Shown in pieces: positions 1 through 9,642 of a stretch of DNA of 64,000 nt. Numbering within the stretch: position 1 is the first letter of the stretch; each line of letters begins with the position of its first letter. The notes under the pieces are model-generated. The model searched no databases. It saw only the letters and a program-made list of their open reading frames with translations, and was not told the DNA's origin. A program made the position numbers and the translations under genes. This DNA is from Minisyncoccota bacterium (GTDB lineage Bacteria > Patescibacteriota > Minisyncoccia > UBA6257 > 2-01-FULL-56-20), in the NCBI GenBank assembly GCA_035509435.1, contig DATJLR010000002.1, positions 133,774-197,773 of the forward strand. The letters are read 5' to 3'.

Positions 1-765
1 CCGTTCATGATCATGGAAGGCGCCCCCGCGACATCGACGCTCACGCCGCCGCCGCTCACCGTGCCCTCGAACATCGCGGAAACATTTGATGAGATCAATA
101 TGCAGCTGAACGTATCATGGTCCACCTCCACCGATCCTGACTGGCCGGCGAACCCGCTCCGCTATCAGCTGGACTATTCCACGTCCACGACCCTCTCCGA
201 TTCCGGCTGGACGGATCCGGGTCCGATCCCGCTTGCGATGGGCAATACCTATCTGATCGGCGTCCGCGCGCTCGACGGATACGGCGCCATATCTGCCGTG
301 GCGACGGCGACGTGGAATTTTCCTGCAGGATTTTCGCCCTATCTTTTGAGCCCCGAACTCAGCTATGCGTATCAGTATTTCACCGTGTCCGTAACGTCCA
401 CGCTCAAAACCATAGGGCTCTTTACCGCAAATGTCCGGGCGGCGTCGCAGCATCCTGACTGGTCCTCATGCTCGTTATCGCTCTTTGATGAGTACAGCCT
501 CTCTTCTCTCGGGATGATCGCAGACGACAGCGACCTTGGCGGATATTCGTGCGCGGGTGATCCCATATTTTCTTTTGCGTCCTCGTCCTTCGTCCTCTAT
601 CCCGGCCACACCTATCATTGGGTATTTTCCGGGGACGGTGGGGCGCTCAGCGTGCAGTTCTATGGCGCTGCCGCGGATACTGCAGGCGGCACATTCAGCG
701 ATCCTTCGCTTGCCAATGCGAAGTTTACCGTGACGGGCGACACGGGGGTGCTGTTTTCGAATTGA
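1..765 (+). CDS. hypothetical secreted protein, C-terminal part (5' end outside window)
   Basis: Open frame runs from the window start to the stop at 765; Ser/Thr-rich, no recognisable family motif. Confidence 0.45.
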   Translation, partial: PFMIMEGAPATSTLTPPPLTVPSNIAETFDEINMQLNVSWSTSTDPDWPANPLRYQLDYSTSTTLSDSGWTDPGPIPLAMGNTYLIGVRALDGYGAISAVATATWNFPAGFSPYLLSPELSYAYQYFTVSVTSTLKTIGLFTANVRAASQHPDWSSCSLSLFDEYSLSSLGMIADDSDLGGYSCAGDPIFSFASSSFVLYPGHTYHWVFSGDGGALSVQFYGAAADTAGGTFSDPSLANAKFTVTGDTGVLFSN

Positions 766-804
766 TTAACAGCGATGCCCCGGGCGGGGTAATATATAGG
801 GCAT

Positions 805-1326
805 ATGGAACTCATCGTCATCGCGCACGACATCCGGAGCGTCCACAACGTGGGCTCCATCTTCCGCACCGCGGATGCCGCGGGCGTCGCGAAAATATAT
901 TTGTGCGGCATCACGCCGTCGCCCGTGGACCGCTTCAGGGCGGTGCGCCCCGACTTTGCCAAGGTCGCGCTCGGCGCGGAGAAGTTCGTGCCGTGGGAAT
1001 CGGCAAAGACAACGGCAGGCGTGATCAAAAAGCTAAAAGCGGAAGGATATGAGATCTTTGCGCTCGAGCAATCAAAGCGCTCCGTTCCGTACTACGATGC
1101 CGCACGGGCGATGCGCGCCGGCGCGCGCGTGGCGATCATCCTCGGCAATGAGGTAAAGGGACTGCCGCCGTCCATCCTGCGTTCCGCCGACCGCATCCTC
1201 GAGATCCCGATGATGGGCGAAAAGGAATCGCTGAACGTGGCCGTCGCCTTCGGCGTCGTGGCGTTCGGCCTGCGCTTCGGGAGGGGTGGCGATGGTGCCC
1301 ATACCGCCCGCGGTGGTAATATATAG
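805..1326 (+). CDS. TrmH/SpoU-family RNA 2'-O-methyltransferase
   Basis: SpoU methylase motifs (NVGSIFRTADAAG, ILGNEVKGL, ESLNVAVA); 173 aa. Confidence 0.75.
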   Translation: MELIVIAHDIRSVHNVGSIFRTADAAGVAKIYLCGITPSPVDRFRAVRPDFAKVALGAEKFVPWESAKTTAGVIKKLKAEGYEIFALEQSKRSVPYYDAARAMRAGARVAIILGNEVKGLPPSILRSADRILEIPMMGEKESLNVAVAFGVVAFGLRFGRGGDGAHTARGGNI

Positions 1327-1330
1327 AGTA

Positions 1331-1951
1331 ATGTCCCGGAGTAAGAACATGGTCCTCTATATGATAGGAGCAGTCGTCGTCTTTGCCGTCATCGTCGCCG
1401 TCTGGTGGAAGGTGTTCTTCGGCACGCCCAACCCGCCGCTTCCCACGGCGACCGTATCCGTTGCGAGTTCGACCGCGTCGGGCGCCGCGAGCACGACGGT
1501 TGCGAGCACGACCGCCGCGCCGACGTCTTCCATCGACCAGTCGCTTGTTGACGGCGAGAACCCGCCGCTTCCCACCGAACCGTTCGCTGTCGACGGCGCC
1601 ACATTCACCGTTGAGCTTGCGACCACCACGCTCAACCAGTCGCGCGGGCTTTCGTACCGCCCGTCGCTCGCCGCGAACGCGGGCATGCTTTTCATATTCG
1701 GGTCGGGCAGCGTGCAGACATTTTGGATGCAGGGAATGAACTTTCCGCTCGACATGATCTGGATCAGCGGCACCACCGTCGTCGGCGTTTCGCAAAATGT
1801 TCCCGCGCCCGCCCCCGGCACCCAGCCCTGGGAGCTGCCTGTCTATAGTTCGCCCCCGAACACGGACAAGGTCCTGGAGGTGAATGCCGGCACTGCCGCA
1901 AAATATAATATAAAAACGGGGGATACGGTGACGATCGGCGGCGAGCAGTAG
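1331..1951 (+). CDS. DUF192 (COG1430) domain protein with N-terminal TM anchor
   Basis: C-terminal GMLFIF..FWMQGMNFPLDMIWI pattern typical of DUF192; ATG at 1331 chosen within ORF 1286..1951. Confidence 0.65.
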   Translation: MSRSKNMVLYMIGAVVVFAVIVAVWWKVFFGTPNPPLPTATVSVASSTASGAASTTVASTTAAPTSSIDQSLVDGENPPLPTEPFAVDGATFTVELATTTLNQSRGLSYRPSLAANAGMLFIFGSGSVQTFWMQGMNFPLDMIWISGTTVVGVSQNVPAPAPGTQPWELPVYSSPPNTDKVLEVNAGTAAKYNIKTGDTVTIGGEQ

Positions 1952-1981
1952 GGATTGCCCAGCTTGTTCATGAAATAAAAA

Positions 1982-2005
1982 GTGCCACACTCTAGGGTGT
2001 GGCAC
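1982..2005. terminator. bidirectional hairpin terminator between convergent genes
   Basis: Perfect 9-bp stem GTGCCACAC/GTGTGGCAC with a 6-nt loop, A-run upstream and T-rich downstream; sits between the stops at 1951 (+) and 2045 (-). Confidence 0.6.
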
Positions 2006-2044
2006 AGGTTGTTGGAATTTTTGCACAGGACTGTGGGGATATTC

Positions 2045-2335
2045 TTATCGTCCCCGCGGCCCCGTATAGTGATCGCACATCGTGCAGACGTACGAAGGTC
2101 TCAAGTAGCCATAGCCGATCTCGGGACATTCGTTCTTGATCACCACCACCTTCCACATGGGCCGTCCGCAGTGCCAGTGAAACAGTCCCTTGGTGATCCT
2201 TTTTGCGGGCGTCGGGGAGGGCGGATCCAGGTATATGTGGCGTTCCTGTTCGATGATCCGTCGAATGCGCATCGTGTTTTCGTCGAAGACTGGTTTGGTC
2301 GCGTCGAAGCTACTATCAAGCAGCATATCCAACAT
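2045..2335 (-). CDS. hypothetical small Cys/His-rich protein
   Basis: ATG at 2335 preceded by AGAGGA; HWHCGRP and CTMCDH motifs. No family assigned. Confidence 0.4.
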   Translation of the reverse strand: MLDMLLDSSFDATKPVFDENTMRIRRIIEQERHIYLDPPSPTPAKRITKGLFHWHCGRPMWKVVVIKNECPEIGYGYLRPSYVCTMCDHYTGPRGR

Positions 2336-2614
2336 AATAGATCCTCTCAAAGTGCGGAAGCACTGACATATAATATCATATTATATATTATAATGTCAAG
2401 TTTAGGAATGGGGCTATATTTTGCCCTAAAATCATTCGAAAATCTGGGAGTTGGAGCTATACTATTAAGTATAAGAATCATTTTTATGAAGATTGAAGGG
2501 TCGAATCGGGCAAGTTCTTAAAAGCTACCGCCCGGCGGCATAACGCTATATAATAGAGTAAACGGTCATCCCATCACATAAATTAAGGGGTTTTAATAAA
2601 AATTTAACAAAAAG

Positions 2615-3646
2615 ATGGCAAACATACGGGTTGCGATAAACGGGTTCGGCAGGATCGGTCGGTTGTTCTTTAAGGCGGCGTTCGAGACGCCGGGCATCGA
2701 TATCGTCGCGTTGAACGATCTTGGCGATGTGGAAAACCTTGCCTATCTCTTGAAGTACGACACGGTCTATCGCCGGTTCGACAAGGAGGTGAAGGCGGAC
2801 ATGGCGAACGGCAAGCTCATCGTGGACGGAAAGGAGATCGCGTTCCTTCAAGTGAAGGATCCGACGCAGCTTCCGTGGAAGGATATGAATGTCGACATCG
2901 TTGTGGAGTCCACGGGATTGTTCGATGAATATGAAAAGGCGAAAGTGCATCTTGCGGCGGGCGCAAAGCGCGTCGTGATCACGGCGCCGGCAAAGGACGA
3001 GGACGGCGAGGCCGGACAGACCGTGCTCATCGGGGTGAACGAGGACAATTTCAAGATCGCGCCGATCACATCGAACGGCTCGTGCACGACGAACTCCGCG
3101 TCGCCGGTCATCCAGATCTTGAGCGAGAACCCCGGCATCGTAAAGGCGTCGCTCTCCACCGTGCATGCGTATACCGCGACGCAGGCGATCGTGGACGGCC
3201 CGATCCGCGGCGGCCATGACTTCCGCAAGGGCCGCGCCGCGGCGATGAACACCGTTCCCGAAACGACCGGCGCCGCGATCAGCGTTGCGCGCGCGATCCC
3301 GGAGCTTAAAGGAAAGTTCGACGGGCTCTCGTTCCGCGTGCCGAACATCACCGGTTCCATCTCCGACATCACATTTATCGCAAAGCGGCCGACGACCGTG
3401 GAGGAGATCCGCCAGATCCTCACCGCCGCCGCCGCGTCGCCGCGCTGGCAGGGGATCCTGCAGGTGACGAACGACCAGCTCGTCTCGTCGGATATCATCG
3501 GCCAGCCGTACGGCGCGACGGTGCCGCTCGACCTCATCAAAGTGATCGACGGCGACATGGTGAAGGTGCTCTCGTGGTACGACAACGAGGCGGGCTACGT
3601 GAGCACGCTCGTGAAGCACGTGCAAAAGGTGGCGGCATTACTATGA
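2615..3646 (+). CDS. gap: glyceraldehyde-3-phosphate dehydrogenase
   Basis: NGFGRIGR NAD-binding motif and SCTTN catalytic Cys region; 343 aa. Confidence 0.9.
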   Translation: MANIRVAINGFGRIGRLFFKAAFETPGIDIVALNDLGDVENLAYLLKYDTVYRRFDKEVKADMANGKLIVDGKEIAFLQVKDPTQLPWKDMNVDIVVESTGLFDEYEKAKVHLAAGAKRVVITAPAKDEDGEAGQTVLIGVNEDNFKIAPITSNGSCTTNSASPVIQILSENPGIVKASLSTVHAYTATQAIVDGPIRGGHDFRKGRAAAMNTVPETTGAAISVARAIPELKGKFDGLSFRVPNITGSISDITFIAKRPTTVEEIRQILTAAAASPRWQGILQVTNDQLVSSDIIGQPYGATVPLDLIKVIDGDMVKVLSWYDNEAGYVSTLVKHVQKVAALL

Positions 3647-4098
3647 CCATCTATATCGGCGCGGATCATCGGGGATTTGCGCTCAAGGGAATGATCGCGC
3701 AGGCGCTCGCGGCCGAAGGCCGCGGGGCCGTTGATGTCGGCGCCGTCGCGTACGACCCCGCGGACGATTATCCCGATTTTGCGCGGGTGGTCGCGGAGAA
3801 GGTTGCGACCGGCGGCGCGGGCGCGCGTGGCATCGTGATCTGCGGGTCGGGATTCGGCGTGGATATCGTTGCCAACAAGTTCAACGGGGTCCGTTCAGCG
3901 CTCGCGATGTCGCCGGAGCATGTCACTGCCGGCCGTCATGATGACGACGTGAACGTGCTGAGCATCGCTGCGGACCTCATGACACCCGAAAAAGCGCTGG
4001 AGATCGTGCGGGCGTTCCTCAACACGCCGTTCGAGGCGAACGAAGAGCGTTACGTCCGGCGCCTTCAAAAAATATCCGCAATAGAGAGCGGACAATAA
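3643..4098 (+). CDS. rpiB: ribose-5-phosphate isomerase B (RpiB/LacA/LacB family)
   Basis: MTIYIGADHRGF..ICGSGFG motifs; ATGA overlap with the gap stop. Confidence 0.8.
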   Translation: MTIYIGADHRGFALKGMIAQALAAEGRGAVDVGAVAYDPADDYPDFARVVAEKVATGGAGARGIVICGSGFGVDIVANKFNGVRSALAMSPEHVTAGRHDDDVNVLSIAADLMTPEKALEIVRAFLNTPFEANEERYVRRLQKISAIESGQ

Positions 4099-4099
4099 C

Positions 4100-4741
4100 A
4101 TGAAGGTCGTCCCGGTGATCAATTGTCCGGACGTTGAATGCGTCAAAAAAAAGATCGCGATCGCGCAGACGTTCCTCGCGCCCGGCGATCTTCTCCACCT
4201 TGACGTTACGGATGGTTCGTTCGCCGCACACCGGACATGGGCTGATCCGATGGAATGGCCGAAGCTCAAGTCGCCGTTCGGGCTTGAGGTGCATCTGATG
4301 GTGGATCAGCCGGAGGAATATGCGGACAATTGGCTTGCTGCCGGCGCGCGGCGGCTGATCGTGCATTTGGAATCGGTCAACCGGCATTCTTTGCACGAGT
4401 TCGTCTCCACCGCGGCGCGATACCATGCGGACATCATGATCTCATCGCGGCCGGAGTCGCTCCCCGAGGATTTCCAGCCGTTCTTCCGGAACTTCCGCGA
4501 GTTTCAGGTGCTTGCGGTGCAGCCCGGACCCGCGGGCCAGGAATTCCTTCCCTTCGTGGACGAAAAGGTGCGATTTTTGAGGGAAGAGCTTCCGGATGCT
4601 ACAATTGAAGTGGATGGGGGAATGAATCCCGACACGGCACGGCGCGTCAAAGAGGTCGGTGCCGACACCATTGTTTCCTCGAGCTATATCTTCAATGCTG
4701 CCGATCCCGGGAAGGCCTACGAAGAGCTGAGCGCTATTTGA
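4100..4741 (+). CDS. rpe: ribulose-phosphate 3-epimerase (divergent)
   Basis: LHLDVTDG, HLMV, DGGMNPDT motifs of the Rpe TIM barrel. Confidence 0.8.
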   Translation: MKVVPVINCPDVECVKKKIAIAQTFLAPGDLLHLDVTDGSFAAHRTWADPMEWPKLKSPFGLEVHLMVDQPEEYADNWLAAGARRLIVHLESVNRHSLHEFVSTAARYHADIMISSRPESLPEDFQPFFRNFREFQVLAVQPGPAGQEFLPFVDEKVRFLREELPDATIEVDGGMNPDTARRVKEVGADTIVSSSYIFNAADPGKAYEELSAI

Positions 4742-4751
4742 TATTTTTTAA

Positions 4752-5612
4752 ATGGAACCCCTAAGCGAGAAAAAACTGAAAGAGATGGAGCTCGTGGCCA
4801 ATCGTCTGCGCGAGGACGTCATCAAGATGGTCTCGCATGCCGGATCGGGCCACATCGCCGGACCGCTCGACATGGCGGAGATCTTTACTGCGTTCTATTT
4901 CCATATATTGAACCAGGACCCAAAGAACCCGGCGATGCCGGATCGCGACCGTCTTGTGCTTTCGAACGGGCATATCTGTCCGATCCAATATGCCGCGCTT
5001 GCGCATGCCGGCTATTTCCCGGTCAAGGAACTGGATACTCTGCGGCAACTAGGCACCAGGCTTCAGGGTCATCCGCACCGCGGTGTCTTGCCAGGCATTG
5101 AGACCACGTCCGGGCCGCTCGGCTCGGGTATTTCGCAGGCGTCGGGCATCGCACTCGCGGCCCGCTTGGATTCCAAGAAGTATCAGGTGTACTGCATCAC
5201 TTCTGACGGCGAACACGAAGAAGGCAACACGTGGGAAGCGGTGATGTTCGCAGGCAAGAACCGGCTGAGCAATCTCACGGTGATCGTGGACCGCAACAAT
5301 ATCCAGATCGACGGCTTTACGGAGCACATCATGCCGCTCGAACCGTTCGCGGACAAGTATCGCTCGTTCAACTGGCACGTGCTCGAGATCGACGGGCATA
5401 ACTTTGAGGAGATCGTCGCCGCGGCAGCGGAGGCGCGCGCGGTGCACGAGCAGCCCACGGTGATCATCGCGCACACGATCCCGGGCAAGGGCGTGGACTT
5501 CATGGAGAACGATTACCTGTGGCACTCCAAGCCGTTCAAGCCGGGAGAGGCAAAGAAGGCCCTCGATGAGCTGCGCACGCTCCGCGGAAAGATACAAAGC
5601 GAACATCAATAA
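4752..5612 (+). CDS. transketolase, N-terminal (TPP-binding) subunit
   Basis: GSGHIAGPL..SNGH..GSLGSG TPP-binding motifs; 286 aa, split-type transketolase. Confidence 0.85.
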   Translation: MEPLSEKKLKEMELVANRLREDVIKMVSHAGSGHIAGPLDMAEIFTAFYFHILNQDPKNPAMPDRDRLVLSNGHICPIQYAALAHAGYFPVKELDTLRQLGTRLQGHPHRGVLPGIETTSGPLGSGISQASGIALAARLDSKKYQVYCITSDGEHEEGNTWEAVMFAGKNRLSNLTVIVDRNNIQIDGFTEHIMPLEPFADKYRSFNWHVLEIDGHNFEEIVAAAAEARAVHEQPTVIIAHTIPGKGVDFMENDYLWHSKPFKPGEAKKALDELRTLRGKIQSEHQ

Positions 5613-5644
5613 AAGTCGCGATAAGTAATTTATTTAAAAAAAAT

Positions 5645-6175
5645 ATGAAAGTGGTGAATTTTGTGATCGGGCTTGCGACGGCGGTGATCCTGGGGGCGCT
5701 CATCAATCTCGGCATCAAGGCGTTCTATCCGGAACCGGTCGCGCCGACGTATCCCAGCTATCCGGTCGCTGCCGCGCCGTGCGCATCGAACGATACTGCA
5801 TGCCAAAATCAGCAGTCGGCGATCGCCACCCAGCAAGAGGATGCATTCAACCAGCAGGAGACGTCCTATGAGGACGCGATGAAAGTGTACGATAAAAACC
5901 TTTTCATCATCGCGAACATCGTGGGCATCATCGTGTTCGCGGCCGGTTTTTGGCTGATCTTCGGCGGCGTGGCGCTGGCGTCGAATGCGGTGCCCATCGG
6001 CATGATGCTCGCCGGACTGTGGAGCATCATCTACGGCTATGGCCGCGGATGGGGGAGCGTTGATGACCAGCTGAAGTTCTTTATCGGCCTTGTTATCGCC
6101 GCGATCGTGATCGGCGGAAGCATGTGGCTCATGCAGCGCTACCAGAAAAAACGCGGTGCCGCGGAAACAAAATAA
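5645..6175 (+). CDS. hypothetical integral membrane protein
   Basis: Multiple hydrophobic helices; lies between the two transketolase subunit genes. Confidence 0.5.
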   Translation: MKVVNFVIGLATAVILGALINLGIKAFYPEPVAPTYPSYPVAAAPCASNDTACQNQQSAIATQQEDAFNQQETSYEDAMKVYDKNLFIIANIVGIIVFAAGFWLIFGGVALASNAVPIGMMLAGLWSIIYGYGRGWGSVDDQLKFFIGLVIAAIVIGGSMWLMQRYQKKRGAAETK

Positions 6176-6195
6176 TATCATAGAGAGCGAGAACA

Positions 6196-7188
6196 ATGCT
6201 GAATCCCGAGGCAAAATTGAATCCGCATATCTTTGATGATGATGTCGCGCAGGCGCCGACGCGCAACGGCTATGGCGAAGGGCTCGTCATCGCGGGCGAT
6301 GCCAACCGCAACGTTGTCGCGTTGTGCGCCGACCTTACGGAGTCCACGCGCGCGGAAGCGTTCGCCACAAAATATCCGGAGCGGTTCTTTGAGGTCGGCG
6401 TTGCCGAGCAGAATATGGCAACGGTCGCCGCGGGCCTCGGCGTCACGGGCAAGATCCCGTTCATCTCGTCATACGCCACCTTCTCGCCGGGCCGCAACTG
6501 GGAACAGATCCGCACGACGATCGCGTACAACGACGCGAACGTGAAGGTGGCGGGACATCATGCGGGCATCTCCGTCGGCCCCGACGGCGCGACGCATCAG
6601 GCCACCGAGGATATCGCCATCATGCGCGCGATTCCCAACATGAAGGTGATCGTCCCGTGCGACGCGATCGAGGCGCGCAAAGCCACGGTCGCCGCGGCGC
6701 AGATCTATGGCCCGGTGTATCTTCGTTTCCAGCGTGAGAAAACGCCGGTCATGACGACGGACGATACGCCGTTCGTCCCCGGCAAGGCGCAGGTGTTCTG
6801 GCAGTCAAAGAAGCCGGAGGTGCTGATCATCGGCTGCGGCGGCCTTCTTTATAATGCGCTGCTCGCCGCGCGCGAGCTGGAGGAAAAGGATGGCGTTGGC
6901 AGTATCGTGCTCAACGTGCATACCATCAAGCCGATCGACGACAAGAAGATCGCGGAGCTCGCAAAGAAGATCGGTGCGGTCGTGACGGTGGAAGAGCATC
7001 AGGTCCAGGGCGGCCTTGGCGGCGCGGTGGCGGAGGCGCTTGCAAAGCACGCGCCTGCGCCGGTCGAGTTCATCGGCATGCAGAACGTGTTCGGCGAGTC
7101 CGGCGCCCCGGCCGAACTCGTCAAAAAATATTGCATGATGCCGAAGGACATCGCCGCCGCGGCAAAGAAGGTAATTCGGAGGAAATAG
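6196..7188 (+). CDS. transketolase, C-terminal (pyrimidine-binding) subunit
   Basis: GVAEQNM..GPDGATHQ motifs; 330 aa. Confidence 0.85.
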   Translation: MLNPEAKLNPHIFDDDVAQAPTRNGYGEGLVIAGDANRNVVALCADLTESTRAEAFATKYPERFFEVGVAEQNMATVAAGLGVTGKIPFISSYATFSPGRNWEQIRTTIAYNDANVKVAGHHAGISVGPDGATHQATEDIAIMRAIPNMKVIVPCDAIEARKATVAAAQIYGPVYLRFQREKTPVMTTDDTPFVPGKAQVFWQSKKPEVLIIGCGGLLYNALLAARELEEKDGVGSIVLNVHTIKPIDDKKIAELAKKIGAVVTVEEHQVQGGLGGAVAEALAKHAPAPVEFIGMQNVFGESGAPAELVKKYCMMPKDIAAAAKKVIRRK

Positions 7189-7259
7189 CAGTGAACAAAA
7201 GATTAAAAAAAGCTAAAAAGAAATTTGCATCACCGCGCAAAAAGCGTAAGGTGAAGCAT

Positions 7260-7478
7260 ATGAAGAAGATCGAATTGGTAAGCGCGGTGTGGCGGGAGGG
7301 CAAATATTATATTGCTCAGTGTTTGAATGTGGATGTTTCGAGCTTTGGTGAGTCAAAAGCCATTGCCCTTAAGAATCTGCGTGAGGCTTTGGAACTATAC
7401 CTTGAGGATGTTCCCGCATCTCACATCGCAAAGATTCATCAGCCCGGGCTCCAGACGCAGGAGCTGATGCATGCCTAA
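7260..7478 (+). CDS. hicB: HicB-like (UPF0150) antitoxin
   Basis: YYIAQCLNVDVSSFGESKAIALKNLREALELYLE matches the HicB/UPF0150 N-domain pattern. An in-frame GTG at 7191 would add a Lys-rich extension. Confidence 0.6.
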   Translation: MKKIELVSAVWREGKYYIAQCLNVDVSSFGESKAIALKNLREALELYLEDVPASHIAKIHQPGLQTQELMHA

Positions 7479-7692
7479 ACTCCCTTCGTCAAAGGCGATT
7501 GTGTCCGTCCTTCTTAAAGAAGGATTTGTTTTTGTTTCCCAGAAGGGCAGCCATGCAAAATATCGAAACAGCATGGGCGGAAGGATGATGACCGTGATCG
7601 TACCGATGGGGCAAAAAGAAATACCATGGGGCACGGTGAGATCCATTATTCATCAATCCGGACTGCCCCGGGAGCGATTTGTGCTACAATGA
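7471..7692 (+). CDS. hicA: HicA (YcfA-like) mRNA interferase toxin
   Basis: KEGFVFVSQKGSHAKY motif; 73 aa; 8-bp overlap with hicB. Confidence 0.7.
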   Translation: MPKLPSSKAIVSVLLKEGFVFVSQKGSHAKYRNSMGGRMMTVIVPMGQKEIPWGTVRSIIHQSGLPRERFVLQ

Positions 7693-7696
7693 AATC

Positions 7697-8695
7697 ATGA
7701 AACAAAAATACGACGTGGTGTGCATCGGCGACGTGGTGATGGATGCGTTCATCACGCTCGAAGAGGCAAAGGTGGAATGGGACAAGATGCACGAGCATCC
7801 GGAGCTTGAGATGCCGTTTGCCACAAAGATCCCGTACGAGTCGCTCACGGTCGCGACCGCGGTGGGAAACGCGTCGAACGTCGCGGTCGGTTCCGCGCGG
7901 CTGGGGCTCAACACGGCCATCGTCACGTCGATCGGCGGCGACCATTACGGCACCGAAGTGCTTGATCACTATCATAAGGAGGGCGTGAGCACGGAGTATG
8001 TGAAGATCAACAAGAGCAAGCCCACCAACTATCATTTTGTGCTCACGTACAAGGCGGAGCGTACCATCCTCATCAAGCATCAGGAATATGAATATTTCGA
8101 CCCGCGCAAGCTGGATTCCAAGACCGGCTGGATCTATTTTTCATCCATCGCGGAGCACACGCTCCCGTTCCATAAGAAGGTCGCGGATTATCTGAAGAAG
8201 CATCCGGATGTCAAAATGGGATTCAACCCGGGCACGTTCCAGCTCCGCTTCGGCGCGGAAAAGTTGCGTGAGATCTACAAACACACGTATGCGCTGTTCG
8301 TGAATCGCGAGGAGGCGGCGCTCATCCTGCGCACTAAGAGCGAGGACATCAAGATGCTGTTCAAGGGCCTCCACAAGCTTGGCCCGAAGGTGGTCGTGAT
8401 CACGGACGGTCCGGCAGGCGCGTACGCGTCCGACGGGATGAACCAGTATTTTATGCCGCCTTATCCGGATCCCAAGCCGCCGATCTCGCGCACCGGCGCG
8501 GGCGACGCCTTTTCCACCGGATTTTTCTGCGGCCTCGTTTATGGTCTTTCGGTGTACGACGCGCTCCGCTGGGCCCCGATCGAATCCATGCACGTCGTCC
8601 AGTTCTTCGGCGCGCAAACCGGCTTGCTCAAGAAGTCCGCGCTCCTCGCGCTGCTCAAGAAAGCGCCAAAAAATTATCGCCCGAAGACGATATGA
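7697..8695 (+). CDS. PfkB-family carbohydrate kinase (ribokinase-like)
   Basis: N-terminal VVCIGD and C-terminal TGAGDAF PfkB signatures. Confidence 0.8.
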   Translation: MKQKYDVVCIGDVVMDAFITLEEAKVEWDKMHEHPELEMPFATKIPYESLTVATAVGNASNVAVGSARLGLNTAIVTSIGGDHYGTEVLDHYHKEGVSTEYVKINKSKPTNYHFVLTYKAERTILIKHQEYEYFDPRKLDSKTGWIYFSSIAEHTLPFHKKVADYLKKHPDVKMGFNPGTFQLRFGAEKLREIYKHTYALFVNREEAALILRTKSEDIKMLFKGLHKLGPKVVVITDGPAGAYASDGMNQYFMPPYPDPKPPISRTGAGDAFSTGFFCGLVYGLSVYDALRWAPIESMHVVQFFGAQTGLLKKSALLALLKKAPKNYRPKTI

Positions 8696-9570
8696 AAACC
8701 CTCCGTGAAGCTTTAGCCGATGCCGATTCCCGCCATGTTGCCGTGGGGCATTTCAATATTTCCGACCTCGCGGCGCTGAAGGGGATCTTTGCGGCTGCAC
8801 AACAACTTCAACTGCCGCTCCTGATCGGCGTTTCGGAAGGGGAGCGCGAGTTCATTGGCGTCAAGCAGGCCGCCGCTCTTATCAAGAGCCTGCGCGACGA
8901 GTACGACTATCCGATCTTCCTCAATGCCGACCACACGCATTCGCTCGACAAAGTGAAGGAAGCGGCGGAGGCGGGATTCGACGAGATCATCTTTGATAAC
9001 TCATCGTTGCCGATGGAAGAGAACATCGCGAACACGAAGGCCGCGGTTGCCGCGATCCGCGCGATCAACCCCGCGATCGTGATAGAAGGCGAGATCGGTT
9101 ACATCGGCGCGAACTCGGAGGTGATGGATGCCGCGCCGACGGGCATCGCGCTCAGCACGCCGGAGGAAGCGGTGCGCTTTTGCGCCGAGACCGGCATCGA
9201 CGTGCTCGCGCCCGCGGTGGGGAACATGCACGGGCTTTTGAAGACGATGGTGGCGGGCACCGCGCACAAGGAACTCGACATCCCGCGCATCGGCGAGATC
9301 AAGGCGGCGATCGCGGCGCAGACCGGCACGAAGTTCATGACGCTGCATGGCGGCTCCGGCACCGAGGACAAGATGTTCACAGAGGCCGCCCGCGCTGGCA
9401 TGACGATCATCCACGTTTCGAGCGAGTTGCGCCTTGCGTGGCGCCGCGGCGTGGAGGAAGGGCTCAAGAATCCCGACGAGATCGCGCCATACAAAATAGC
9501 CGCACCCGCGGTCGTCGCCATCCAAAAGATCGTGACCGACCGCCTGAAGCTTTTTAACGGAATGGAGTAG
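8692..9570 (+). CDS. fba: class II fructose/ketose-bisphosphate aldolase
   Basis: HFN..D, LNADHT and LHGGSG class II aldolase motifs; ATGA overlap with the upstream gene. Confidence 0.85.
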   Translation: MKTLREALADADSRHVAVGHFNISDLAALKGIFAAAQQLQLPLLIGVSEGEREFIGVKQAAALIKSLRDEYDYPIFLNADHTHSLDKVKEAAEAGFDEIIFDNSSLPMEENIANTKAAVAAIRAINPAIVIEGEIGYIGANSEVMDAAPTGIALSTPEEAVRFCAETGIDVLAPAVGNMHGLLKTMVAGTAHKELDIPRIGEIKAAIAAQTGTKFMTLHGGSGTEDKMFTEAARAGMTIIHVSSELRLAWRRGVEEGLKNPDEIAPYKIAAPAVVAIQKIVTDRLKLFNGME

Positions 9571-9642
9571 GGCTGGTCAATTAGGTGCGGGTGTGGTATT
9601 ATCTTCCGAGGCGTTCGAATCAGTAAAACGGGAGAATCAGAC

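Noticed and set aside
1136-2026. 296-aa minus-strand ORF (also 1357..1821, 1383..1739, 1389..1604)
   Set aside because: Antisense to the DUF192 gene and the TrmH C-terminus; Arg/Gly/Pro-rich shadow ORFs typical of GC-rich coding DNA.
2546-3625. 359-aa minus-strand ORF and 245-aa ORF 2848..3585
   Set aside because: Fully antisense to gap, which has unambiguous GAPDH motifs.
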